Below, in pieces: positions 23,746 through 36,652 of a DNA stretch of 64,000 nucleotides. The notes under the pieces are model-generated. The model had not been told where the DNA came from. It saw nothing but the letters and a program-made list of their open reading frames with translations, and did no database searches. How positions within the stretch are numbered: the stretch's first letter is position 1; every line of letters begins with the position of its first letter. The stretch is from Schmidtea nova. Lineage: Eukaryota. The stretch lies in assembly GCA_044892505.1 (NCBI GenBank), contig CM097883.1, positions 357,926,001-357,990,000 of the forward strand, in the 5' to 3' direction. The translations under genes were made by a program, and so were the position numbers.

Positions 23746-24690
23746 TTATGAGAATTATTGATAATAATAATAAAAAAAGATCAAANNNNNNNNNNNNNNN
23801 NNNNNNNNNNNNNNNNNNNNNNNNNNNNNNNNNNNNNNNNNNNNNNNNNNNNNNNNNNNNNNNNNNNNNNNNNNNNNNNNNNNNNNNNNNNNNNNNNNNN
23901 NNNNNNNNNNNNNNNNNNNNNNNNNNNNNNNNNNNNNNNNNNNNNNNNNNNNNNNNNNNNNNNNNNNNNNNNNNNNNNNNNNNNNNNNNNNNNNNNNNNN
24001 NNNNNNNNNNNNNNNNNNNNNNNNNNNNNNNNNNNNNNNNNNNNNNNNNNNNNNNNNNNNNNNNNNNNNNNNNNNNNNNNNNNNNNNNNNNNNNNNNNNN
24101 NNNNNNNNNNNNNNNNNNNNNNNNNNNNNNNNNNNNNNNNNNNNNNNNNNNNNNNNNNNNNNNNNNNNNNNNNNNNNNNNNNNNNNNNNNNNATAGTAAG
24201 TAAGTATTAAGTATGGTAAGTAAATAATATGATAATATTATGATAAAAATATTATGATAATTATTATAAAAAGTTATAATATTTAATCTCATATTTTTTC
24301 AAAACACTTCATTATGAATTCGCGTGGGTCGAGTTAGTTCCACGGTATACTCCTCATTAATACCATATTACTAAAAATGTCGGCTGCTTTCACTCAAAAT
24401 CTTTATAAGATAATTTCTTGGATTATTTATATAATTATTTCGAAAGTTTATTTAACCATAATTAAAACCACGTGTTACTGGGGGGATTTATATGATAATT
24501 AAAAGGGGAGGCCTTTGGTAAAAAAATATATATTATTAAAAAAACGTCAATGGCAATTTTTTAGCATATATTACTTAGACTTACACCCAATTTCACAGGC
24601 AGCGTAAAGGGTTAGCTTGGTAAGGTAGATGTTAAAATGATTTATAAATCTCGGAAAATTAGTAAAAAAGAAATGGAATAAAAGCTTTAC

Positions 24691-25237
24691 CTTGTAAATA
24701 GAAAGAACTTCCGAAACCAATGAGGCTTGCGGCATTGCAATTATGAACCTCCCTTTTGATTGTGTAATCATTTTCATAATTCTGTCGCCATAAACGAGAA
24801 GTGTGGCAATTCCTACAGGAGATATCGTCACACTTCAGCAGCTCTGTCACATAGAGAACGGTATTATATGCTTTATAAACAGGTAGGGTGCAGACGTAAT
24901 TGAGGCATTGGACTTCTGATATTGTTGAAACTGAGTCCGGAAATAAGTCGAGCAAATCATTTGTATCCTGTAACGCACAAGATTGTACCTCTCGTTTAAG
25001 ATTCCCGGTTGCTAAGAGGTAAGGAACATCCCATTCGCCTTTCACAAGGCAGTTATTGCAGTTCGTTCGAAAGCAAGGTTTTCTCTCTATTCCTGCAAAT
25101 GTAAATCCAGATCCATTTCTTAGAAAAGTGTAAGTGTAAAGGGTGCAATTGTTACTGAAGCAAGAGTTATCTGTAATCCTATAGTATTGTCCATTGAGGG
25201 CGGGTAGAATTAGTATTGCAAACACCTCCGGAATCAT
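24691..25237 (-). CDS. Cys-rich paralog B1: first exon with signal-peptide-like N-terminus and two 6-Cys domains
   Basis: MIPEVFAILILPALNG hydrophobic leader, 12 aligned Cys, phase-1 donor AAG|GTAAAG; the next mini-exon appears frameshifted. Confidence 0.75.
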
Positions 25238-26319
25238 CCTCCGCAGTTATTGTCAACAACGAGAATGATATGAAAAGTTAGTTAAACTTTATGTTAATGA
25301 AAATATTGCGATTGAGAAACAAGATCTCATTAATGCGTACTTATCACATGTTATACTATAATGGCGGTAGCATTTAGTGACGCCAGGGTCCCCTACCATC
25401 CAATCTGAAGCCGTGTATATTTTCCATTTGAGTTAACGTTTTACAGTAGGATGGGTAATTTGACTTGTTGAGAATAACAAATGCCGCCTCGAGAAGGTTT
25501 TCACTAATAAGTGAGCAATGTTTTTCATAGCCTCTACCTTCGCTAAAGGTCGCAGCAAAACGCTATTGAAAAGTAAACCTTGCAATTATTGAAACCAATA
25601 AATTATATTTATCCAACAAATGTCTTGGGAGATTTTATATTATTTTAATTATAATTTGAAGCATTACTTGAAGCTCCTCACCTTAGCTTAGTTAACCTTG
25701 ATTGTCACTTTATTTTCTATCTAAACGCACTCTGGAAAAAATGTTATTGGAGGGGTCACCATAATTATATATAATATATCTGCAAATAAAATCTGATAAA
25801 ATATTAAAGTCAAAATATCTCTACAAATTGCATTATTATTTAAAATATTTAATGTTAATAATTATGGATTGTCAGTGGGTATCTGACCTTCAATATCTAT
25901 GGTAACAAATGTAATTTAGCAGTCATCAGATAGGATTCCCTCTACTTCTCCATCGTTATCCCACGATATATACCAGTAAATTCGGAGCTAGGCACGTTCG
26001 CGTTGTTACTGTAATATGTAGTCGATATACTACTTCAGAAGTGAGCGCTCATCGCACTTTGAGCCCGCACCTACAAATTAATTACATGTGTCTATAGAAG
26101 GCACTTTTGAGTTTCAGCGTACCTTAACCAGGATTAGTCTTTCACTGATGCATGCTTCCAACATACATTTCATTGACAAACACTTTGACTGTTTATTTCT
26201 TTCTCAATTATGCCGAATCACCATCTCAGGCTTACACCTACTTTTAATTATACATCCAATAGTTTTCGAGAATTTTAAGCAGCGTTCTGCCTTATTTTTT
26301 AGTTCACATTTGGAATTTA

Positions 26320-26738
26320 CTGTAAAATCCCGAGTATAAGCTGCAGCTAATACGTACATTAAGGCAACATTTCTGAATTGCAGCTAATATGATGTGCAGC
26401 TTATACAACTAAAAAACAATTCAACTTCTTTTTTCTTTGCTGAACTAAAAGATCTTCGTTGTTTCTTTTGTTTTTGTTCCAAATCGTTATCCATTTTAAT
26501 CAAGGATTCAAAAAGTGCAATAAACAATATAAACGATATAAACGATTAAAACAAAATGGTTATTGTTTTTTTAATGATATTTGTTTTTTAATGATAGGTT
26601 TCTGATTTTAAAATCAGGTGTTTTCAACGCAAATGGTGCAGCTAATACGTGCTGCGGTTTATACGACTAAAAATACATTTTTATAAAAATGTCGTCTGCA
26701 GCTAATACGCGCTGCAGCTTATACTTGAGATTTTACAG
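26320..26738. mobile_element. Tc1/pogo-type MITE with ~30-bp TIRs and TA flanks
   Basis: ta|ctgtaaaatcccgagtataagctgcagc ... gctgcagcttatacttgagattttacag|ta; internal repeats of gcagctaata/gcagcttatac. Confidence 0.85.
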
Positions 26739-29039
26739 TACTAATTTATTTTAGTGGTTCGAAAAATTTTTAAAGGCTCTTGATTTTAGATTTGTTTCAG
26801 AAATATCTATGTCAATTTTCTTTCAAAGATTTTGCGTATGGATATGCTAATATTTCCTGAAAATATTCGTTGTAAATTCTTTTACAATTTATTTTTATTC
26901 CACGTCCTTAATAGAATCCAGAATTTATAGTTATCACACTGTTTAGGATGAATGAACTTATCGATGAAAAAAGTCCTTATCGAATTTTTTAATCCCATTC
27001 CGCAAAATTTTAAACGCAACTTTTATTTCTCAAGATCATTCCAAAAGATTGTGGATGGCGCATTGCCAGAGCCCAGATCTTCAGCAAAATGAACTCGAAA
27101 AGGAAAGTTCAGGTGTTTTATTAAACTCCATCTTCTTTGATTCCTTTTACATTGTTAGGAGTCATTTTACCTAAATGGGGATCAAATGAGTCAAAGCTTT
27201 ATCAAACAGAATTAAAATAAAAACTTCAGAAATTCATTTACAAAGGTTCTACTTCCAATTACACAAAAATAAAATACATCCTTGATTCCAAATCAATCCT
27301 TGATTTCGAAAAAAAATTGCAGAGTTATTTTTACGAAAACAACTTGGCGGCGATAACAAAGAATAACTATTGCAAAGTGAAATTAATGAATTCTGTGTAA
27401 CATATACACATTATGCTGTCGAGTTTCATATAAGTATAAATTTTTTATCGCAGACATTATGAGTCATAGCAGAGAAATTCATAGAATTTCAGAATTAGCA
27501 GCTTACGCCTACACTTGAATTTATTTTTATCGATAGGTATTTAATTTTAATTCATTTAATTTATCATTTTTAATTTAATCGCGATAATACGATGTGTTTG
27601 TCTATCATGGCATCGTTTTGTGTTTTTGATGTTTTATTTTTATTGTTAGCTTTACGAAATGTGGTTTTATGTTCCTACTATGTTAGTTTTGTGACATCTT
27701 GAATTTTAATATTTTATTTTTCTTATTTAATAAATCTCTTATATCATGTATTTACTTTGAGTTACTGAATGTGTTTTCATTGATTTTAAATTAACTTCTT
27801 GGGAGACTTATGTATTTTCAACTCATTTTAAACAAATAAAAAATTTCATTTTTGTCAGCTAAACAATAATTATATAATTACTTGTAATAAATCCCATTAA
27901 ATGACGGTCGCATTTTTTGAATAAATATAAAATTAGATATAGATGACGACGGAAAAATTTTAAAGTCAAAATTTAAACAAATTAAAATACTTTTTTAATC
28001 TAATATTAATACCAAAATTCAAGGAAAAGAAGAAAAGCAGGAAGAAGTAATAAGTCAATTGGAAAGAATTTCGTATTGCAGTTATCAGAATCTTTTACAG
28101 ATCTAAATAATTTATTGAATTAAACATTGCATTGAAGTTTAACTTTTTTTAATTTTATTATTATATTTTAAAAATATTTCGCTATCAATAAACAATAAAA
28201 GTTTTATATTTTTATTTATCTTAAATATTATTATTAATATCATAATTATCATTTTATCTCTTTTTTTAATTCAATAATTTTCATATTTATTTTAAAAGAC
28301 TATTGTTCGGGTTAAATAATAAAATAAGCTTAAATGTAAAATATAAAGCACAAAAAATCAATAGAAATAAAAACCATGAAAATTTATTAAAATTTGGAAA
28401 ATTTAAAAATATAAATTTAGCGAAGGAAATTTATATGAGTGTATACCGAATAATCAGATGAATCTAAAAATGGTAAAATAAAATTAAAGAGGGTCCACAG
28501 AAGAAAAGAATTAATAAATTAATAGAGTTAAATGGCTAATGAGAAACCCGATCTAATGGAGAATCCGAGTAGCGTGGGAAGCCCGTGTGATCAGTGAAAC
28601 AGTTAATTATCCAGCGGAAATTGATTTTAAACGAAATCAGAAATACCCAATTGATGGAAAGGTAATTAATAAATTTACTATAATGAATTTGGTTATTAAG
28701 TGTCAATTTGGAGGCACCCGCCAGACAACTTAATCAGATAAGCAAAATTCCTCAAGCTGGACAATATAAAAAGGAGATGCAAATTCCAAAGTTTGCCAGT
28801 ATGGTCGACGACAAAAGTTAGTAAATATCTGCAAGACGAGAGGTCGATAATCATTAGTGGTTAGATCAAATTAATTTTTATAGCGTACTAGAAAAGGAGA
28901 TCTTTATTTTGGAGACTTATCCCTACGATCAATCGGAAAAGCAGTGAGAATAAAAGTTGTTGAAATTGTATAAAGAGACTTATTATTATCAAAATTTGTG
29001 TCAAATAGTTGTTGTAAATACTTTCGAATAAATTTTACT

Positions 29040-30027
29040 ATGTTAGGTTTTTCTTGAATCGATCCTATAAGAACACCAAGAAGTCAGACAAACAGCAGCG
29101 ACTAATTTGTGATCCATATCCGGATGGGATGTGCAATTATCTAAAATCAATACAATTTTTCGATTAACAGTGCTTAATTCAAGATTCCAATCTAACAAAA
29201 TATTTCCCCATATTTCTTTTGTTATCCAGGCACTACAATTGTTCTTATAATTTACACCTAGATTTTGATCTTTATCTTTAAAGCATCACGGGTTTTTTAG
29301 CAGTAAGGGTTTCTATTTCCCCTAAAGCACTTGCACATACCCATACAGTAGTTCTCTCCTTAGATATGTTTACACCATTGCAAATATCTGTTTTAAATCG
29401 AGGTGTCGTCGAAGGAATGGCTTTGTAGTATAAACCTGTCTCATCTCTATTAAAAATATTCTTGTCCTCATATTCCTCTCTAATTAGCTTCCAGGTATTT
29501 TCAAGTCAATCTTTAACTACTCTCATATATAATCTGCCACATTCACCTGATAATTTTCCTCGTTTATTACCGTGTCGTCCACGAAAACGTTGAATCCAAC
29601 TGGTATCAATATTGACATCTTCCTTTCCAAGTTCCATCTTCAAATCATTAGCATCACACAATAATTTGGATTTTCCTAGCCCTCATGTTCGTAAACCATT
29701 TGAACAACCTTTCATCAATATCAACAAGCCCAAACTACCTTTTTGCTTTCTGTTTCCTTTTGCCCAAATCAACTTGGTCACTGATAAATTCTTTATTTTT
29801 TAATAAAGTCAAAAGGGTAGATGGTTGTATATCATTTTCCTAGCAACAAACGATTTTCTGTGACCTAAGTCAATTTCCTGTTTTCCATCAAAACTCATTC
29901 TCTTTCTATCGGATTTCATTAATTATAAGGATTAAATTAAATTCAATATTTCGCAATAAAAAATCAATTAATTCGCAATATAAAGTTTTTTCGCTATATA
30001 AAACTCGTTACTGACAGTTTATACTGT
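29040..30027 (-). mobile_element. Degenerate pogo/Tigger transposase
   Basis: Fragments WIQRFRGRHG, NRDETGLYYKAIPSTT and NRKIVLILDNCTSHP; TA|CAGTATAAAC TIR-like start. Confidence 0.75.
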
Positions 30028-31557
30028 ATATATTTGTTTTTAATTGTCATCTGCTTCCACTTTCTCTATGAAATATTTTGATGTTTATAATTTTTTGATT
30101 TTTATGCATAGATTGTAAAAAAGTATGAATTGTGCGCATTTGCTTCAAGTTTTATTAAATAAGAATTTTTAATTACTAAATAAACCTTTTCAGTTTAATA
30201 ATGTTCATGAATTTGTGTTTGGTTTTTATTTTGGGATCTTTAACGTATTTTAATCATTTAATTGAAAATAAAAATAAATTGTTTCTGGTCATATAAATGT
30301 GTGTGTGTGTTTCATCTTACAATATATCCAGCTGAATCTTTATTAATTTGCATCACTCTAGCACGTGTAAATCACCTTATCTTATTTATTTGAGGGTTGA
30401 ATATTTTTGAGTTTAGTGACGACTGGTCATTTAGGCTTTGGCTTTGGCCAATCATATTTACCTGCTCCGCGCTGTCTGATACATACTAAAAAATGGCGGC
30501 AAGGGGAAGTAACAAAAGTAATAGCTAAAATGTATTATTTGATCACAGTCAACCGATCAGCTTCCTGCAGAAACATAGCACCAAACTGAATGCAAATAAG
30601 ATCAGCACTGACACCGAACTGACGATCACTGAAATAATTACCCAATTGTTCCAGAATTGAGCTAAATGGAAATATCATTAATAAGTTAAATAATTGTATA
30701 AATTATTATATCAAATCTTCCTCTATCTTCTCTCGAGAGGTTATTACACTTCCCGGCATATCTCCAATTAAATGTTTGAGCCCTTTAATTGGAACCTTTT
30801 TTGTATTGGTAATTCCGAGGCCTTCTTTGGTCCCAATCTGGACCTGCTCTCATTGTTGCGGCTTGTGATGATTTCATTTTATTATTTCTGCTCCCATTTC
30901 TCCTTTTACTTCATCATCTTTCATAATTCTTTCTTTTTATTATCCAGAATTTTTTATAAAAAGTATTTTCAAATGTCTTTCACTTAATTAATTTCTCAAA
31001 ATATTTTCGAGAAAATTTTCTAGTTTTCAGAAAAATTCATTACTTGAATCTGATTCTTTTCTATGGGCTAAAGCAGTAAATTGCTGAATGCAAACTGCTT
31101 TTATAACTTTCTTCAATATTCCTTGAATCATATGTTCTTGTGGCTTGAATGGCAGAAATGCTTTCAGAAATTTTTCACCATGTTCTTCAGCCGTCTCTGT
31201 TAATTCGAAGAATTTTTCCACTTCACCCAACGATGAAAATCTCTGGAGGTTTAATAAATTGCAGCAGTCGAGGTCACCATATTAAGATCATTAATCTTAT
31301 TTTAGTACATAAGCAATAATTCGAAAGATTTTCCAAAATTTTATTATTAAAACAACAACGTTTTAGACGAAAAGAATTTATTAATGTCTTTTCATATTCT
31401 GTGCGATACTGATATAATTCATTCATTTACATAATAATTGATATTTACAGTTAACTAACTTGTTCCTCCAAACGGTTTTCGTGCTTTTCAATAATTTAAA
31501 AGACATTTGAGATAAATTTAACAATACACTTAAAAAATATATATATATATATATATA

Positions 31558-32032
31558 TAGGCCCGGATAGAGGGGGCTAGAAGGACCATATGGCACGGGC
31601 CCCGCTTTTAAAGGGTCCCAATTTCAAATTAATCAGGATAGAAATTTTAATTTTTAAACGAAGGAAAATATAACCATGTCATAAATAGTTCATTCGGCTT
31701 CTTCTAAAATTTAAAAATTGAGAAGTATTAAAAAATAATCCGAAAAAATTTAATACATGCTTTTTTATACCATTTTTTCTGACTATGCGTGAAAGGTTTA
31801 TTTTTCAAATATCATTAAAGAATTTGCTAATTCAAAAGCGCGCAAAGCATTTCTAAAATAATTAAAAGAAATTAAATTATTATGTAAATTAAATGTATAT
31901 CAGTAAATAAAAAATAATTGTTTTTGTTATAATTCAAACAACAAGACAGAAAATTAAATATTTTTTTTTTAATATAATTTGTGGGTCCCGAGAAATATTT
32001 TAGGCCCGGGCCCCATTGAAGCTTTCTGTGGG

Positions 32033-32036
<4 letters not shown>
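31558..32036 (+). mobile_element. Non-autonomous hAT derivative inserted in a (TA)n tract
   Basis: Termini taggccc...gggccta with GGGCCC subterminal motifs; internal IIKEFANSKARKA resembles a hAT transposase C-terminus. Confidence 0.65.
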
Positions 32037-32095
<59 letters not shown>

Positions 32096-32123
32096 AATAT
32101 GTTTAATATATAATTAATATTAC

Positions 32124-32174
32124 TTTCTGGTGGTGGCGATCGAGTAGTAGTTAAAGTATTACAGTTTAGAAACC
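32124..32174 (-). CDS. Predicted 51-nt mini-exon after A3 (GFLNCNTLTTTRSPPPE)
   Basis: 42-nt GT..AG intron followed by an open phase 1-1 exon ending GAAA|GTAATA. Confidence 0.5.
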
Positions 32175-32216
32175 CTAAATTTACAGTAAAATTAATTAAA
32201 AATTAATAAATAAAAC

Positions 32217-32726
32217 CAGGGACAATGAAAAAATCTGCCATATTTATTTTTTCTATTTCAGGACACAAATATGAATTTCTTGTTAGAAAGGCGCTGCTGG
32301 AATAGGTTAAATTCCATGAGCTGACATAAGAACAGTTTTGACAAATTTCTGACATTAGACATTCTTCCGGGTTCATTTTGGTTAGCAAACCTCCATATTG
32401 ACTATAGAATATTTTTCTACACTTGTGATTGCGGCATTTAATGTCTACTATTGTTGAGTACGATTCTGGAAGCGTTTCATTTACCATTCTTTGAGGTTCC
32501 ATTGAGCAAAAGGAAGTTTTTCTTTGTAAAAAATAACACCCATTTAAGTTTAATAAAATCCAATCTCCTTTATATCTGCAGTTATAGCATGAAGAAAGCT
32601 GACAGTTTGATAGGAAAACTTTCGACAGGCTGTAGCTGACCCCATCAAAATAGAGTTTATATCGAAATACTTGACAATGTCCATATTCACATCTTATGTC
32701 ATTTCTTTCATTTATCAATTCTTTCT
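32217..32726 (-). CDS. Cys-rich paralog A3: 510-nt phase 1-1 exon encoding two 6-Cys domains
   Basis: Open frame, same acceptor context as A2, donor at the aligned PG codon. Confidence 0.75.
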
Positions 32727-35055
32727 CTTAATTAAAAATAAAAACGGTCATATTAAATTTTATTTATATAGAAAATGACAGAATTTAATTTGATAAACAG
32801 AGAAAAATCTTTCTTTATTCCCCTTGAATATTACACATGGATGATGTCCCCTGTAAATTATACAAATAGGTGACAAAGCAATAAAGCATTTGCTCAAAAG
32901 GTTTGAGCCGTCGAATATGTTTTATAGTGGTGAATTCAAAGAATTATAAACGTATGGATAAAGTGATTAATGTCAATATGTATCTAAATTTGGTTACATC
33001 AGAGGGTTTCAAGCATTTTTTGCAAAGCAGCTCATTTTTATAATCTTTTGAAAAGTGGAACCCCAAATCTGAAAAAGAGGTAAAATAATAAAGATATTAT
33101 TAAGAATGAATAAAGTTTTACTTTTGTTTTTTTCCTAGGGCACCGCATAATACAGATTGAAAATCATTGGATTACATGACATAATTACACAAAGTATTAC
33201 ACATGTGTACATGTGCGCATGCAGCATGTTGAAGGTGTTGCTAACCTTTGTTCCCATTGCTGTTCATATTTGCACTGCAGACGCTCATTATAAACTGCAA
33301 TATGTATATAACTTCCTGACTGGAGACTTTTGGAAGGCCGGGGTACGATTAATATGCCCCTTAGTAAGGGATATGGTTAACATTTTAATACCTGTAGGTG
33401 TTGATACAAATATCTTATTGGTAAGGCCAATAACTGTTTGAGGAGTTGAATTAGTGATATTATAATGTCAATTTGAATAATAAATTGTTACTCATTTTTA
33501 TCTCGTGGCAAACTGTTTTTGTCAAATTGAAAAGAAATTTGTCCTTGCAACCCCTTTTGATTTAATACTGATTCTTATCAAGTTGATACAGGAAATTAAA
33601 TAAGTAAGAAAATGCATTAATTGTTGTTTTTTTCTAAAAAAAAATAAAACTAATTTGAACAAATACAAATAATTTATTATAGTGCAACAAATATCCAAAA
33701 CAAAGCTACGACATAAATTGCATCATCTCGCATTCCGCCATCTTATTACACAATGAGATTTGTTGCATATTTTGAATTTATGTAAAATTAATTTTATTAT
33801 CCGATTTCACTCGAAATAGATTCAAACTCATTTTTTATTCATTACAATCAATTTTACATACCACACTCACTTTCTACCAAATCACAAACATTTATCTTTT
33901 TACTGGAATACAGTCCTATAAATAAGTATGAATAGGTACTTCCCCATAGGCTTTCCTATATTTGTATTGAACTTCTAAATGCGGACACCGAAAATATAAC
34001 TATTTGCGTCTGTGTTATTGTGGCGATATTTTAGTGCTAGCTACTGTTGAAAGTTGGAAATTGAAAGATTAATGTTGAAAGTTGACAAATGAATGAAAAT
34101 ATCACCATTAACCATACCCACAAAATATCGTTGATAGCAAAAAAGTTCACCTCAAAATTGCAGACATGACGGAATGTGCAAATTTCAAATTGCTACCATT
34201 CACAGTTTGAGTGGATATCTGGTGACAGACATACAAGTTAGTGTATTTTCTGTTTTATATTATAGATTAGATATTTATGTCGAAAGATACACAAACNNNN
34301 NNNNNNNNNNNNNNNNNNNNNNNNNNNNNNNNNNNNNNNNNNNNNNNNNNNNNNNNNNNNNNNNNNNNNNNNNNNNNNNNNNNNNNNNNNNNNNNNNNNN
34401 NNNNNNNNNNNNNNNNNNNNNNNNNNNNNNNNNNNNNNNNNNNNNNNNNNNNNNNNNNNNNNNNNNNNNNNNNNNNNNNNNNNNNNNNNNNNNNNNNNNN
34501 NNNNNNNNNNNNNNNNNNNNNNNNNNNNNNNNNNNNNNNNNNNNNNNNNNNNNNNNNNNNNNNNNNNNNNNNNNNNNNNNNNNNNNNNNNNNNNNNNNNN
34601 NNNNNNNNNNNNACTGCGATCATAAAATGCTGTTATTATTTCGAACATAGTAATATATTAATATATTCTGATAAGTATATAATCTGCTTTTAGTTTTGGA
34701 AATAAAAAAGTGGAGTACAATATTTTATTACAGATAAATAACTTATCGTGTTAACTGAGGCATTTAGTTTTGAACATCTATTTCTGTGTGCGTAATTAAC
34801 ATCAAGCTATGGCGAGGATACGCGATAAAAGAATTTATCATGTTATAAATGTACAAGGTTATTCCAAAAAGCACTGGAAATAAATGTGTACCATGTTCCT
34901 TCGCTATGCCGCTAGGTAAGGATAGGTATATTGAAAAACCAACTTGCGAAATTACGACTTCGTAGGTATCTTTGAACTCTGCACAAATACAGGGGGTGGC
35001 AGTAATTTCAAAATTGCAAAAGCTTATTAAAAGATAAATAAAATAAAAACTATAC

Positions 35056-35602
35056 CTGGTAAATGGAAGTATTTTCCTGAATCAATTTTGTTAATAGCTG
35101 AGCAATTATAAACATATCTTTCAATAATATTATTTTTCGGAATGCGATGTTGCCATAAACGAGAAGTGTGGCAATTCCTACAGGAGATATCGTCACACTT
35201 CAGCAGCTCTGTCACATAGAGAACGGTATTATATGCTTTATAAACAGGTAGAGTGCAGACGTAATTGAGGCATTGGACTTCTGATATTGTTGAAACTGAG
35301 TCCGGAAATAAGTCGAGCAAATCATTTATATCCTGTAACGCACAAGATTGTACCTCTCGTTTAAGACTCCCAGTTGCTAAGAGGTAAGGAACATCCCATT
35401 CGCCTTTCACAAGGCAGTTATTGCAGTTCGTTCGAAAGCAAGGTTTTCTCTCTATTCCTGCAAATGTAAATCCAGATCCATTTCTTAGAAAAGTGTAAGT
35501 GTAAATGGTGCAATTGGTACTGAAGCAAGAGTTATCCGTGATCCTATAATATTGTCCATTGAGGGCGGGTAGAATTAGTATTGCAAACACCTCCGGAATC
35601 AT
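35056..35602 (-). CDS. Cys-rich paralog B2: first exon with signal-peptide-like N-terminus and two 6-Cys domains
   Basis: Same 547-nt exon length as B1, donor CAG|GTATAG, then a 33-nt intron. Confidence 0.75.
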
Positions 35603-36455
35603 CCTCCGCAGTTATTGTCAAAAATCAAAACTTTTATTTTGTTTCATATTAAAAATGAAAATTTTCGACATCAGTTTTGACAAATAGAAATATTTGCGTT
35701 TCTGAAATATAATCTAATTTAATGCAAAGTTTTAGACTTTTACTAGAATGGCATTTGGCGGTGTGTGAAATTCTAGAGTTCTGTTTAAAGTCGATGTGAA
35801 GGTCAGATTAAAATTAAGTTCCTAGTCAAGAATTTAGTCGAATAGAATGATTGTTGTCAAATTTGGAAAGTTCAAATATTGCTCATGACAATTTGGTCCG
35901 AATATGTTAAAAGTAAGGTTGCAATAAATACAGATAAAGAAATATCGTTTCGTTATTTAATTAGAATCCCTTTTACATTTAAGTCACCTGAAAAGGTCTC
36001 GGCCCTCACATCAATTAGATAATAAGTTGTAAAATATATATAAGCTGTCAAACATTATAATTTCATTTATTAGTATGACCTTGAAATTAAATGGTGTTTG
36101 TTTTTTATTTAAGAGTGCTTTATTTTAATTTGATTATGTTAATTTAATCTTTCATTATTATTATTATTATTACTATATATTTAATTTAATAAAAACTTTA
36201 ATTANNNNNNNNNNNNNNNNNNNNNNNNNNNNNNNNNNNNNNNNNNNNNNNNNNNNNNNNNNNNNNNNNNNNNNNNNNNNNNNNNNNNNNNNNNNNNNNN
36301 NNNNNNNNNNNNNNNNNNNNNNNNNNNNNNNNNNNNNNNNNNNNNNNNNNNNNNNTGAACAAATTAAGATAAACAACCAAAAATTTTTATTAAACATAAA
36401 ATAGATTGTTGTTACATGCTGCATTTCATTAACATGTTTGAACTCCATCTTCTCT

Positions 36456-36652
36456 TGCGTTTTCTTTTTATCTACTTGAACGGGCATTTTCTTTTTATCT
36501 AATTGAACGTGCATTTTCTTTTATCTGATTGAACGTGCGTTTTCTTTGATCTAATTGAACGTGCGTTTTCTTTTTATCTAATTGAACGTGCATTTCTTCT
36601 TTTAATCTAATTGAACGTGCATTTTCTTTTATCTGATTGAACGTGCGATTTT
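36456..36652. repeat. ~26-27-bp minisatellite (ttttctttttatctaattgaacgtgca), about 7 units
   Basis: Direct reading. Confidence 0.9.

Noticed and set aside
25238-25256. TTGACA and GGAGG directly before the B1/B2 ATG, suggesting a bacterial promoter or RBS
   Set aside because: There is no spacer between GGAGG and ATG, no -10 box at proper distance, and the genes show spliceosomal intron signals.
26040-26053. lac-operator-like gtgagcgctca palindrome
   Set aside because: Too short and lacks the flanking AATT arms; expected by chance.
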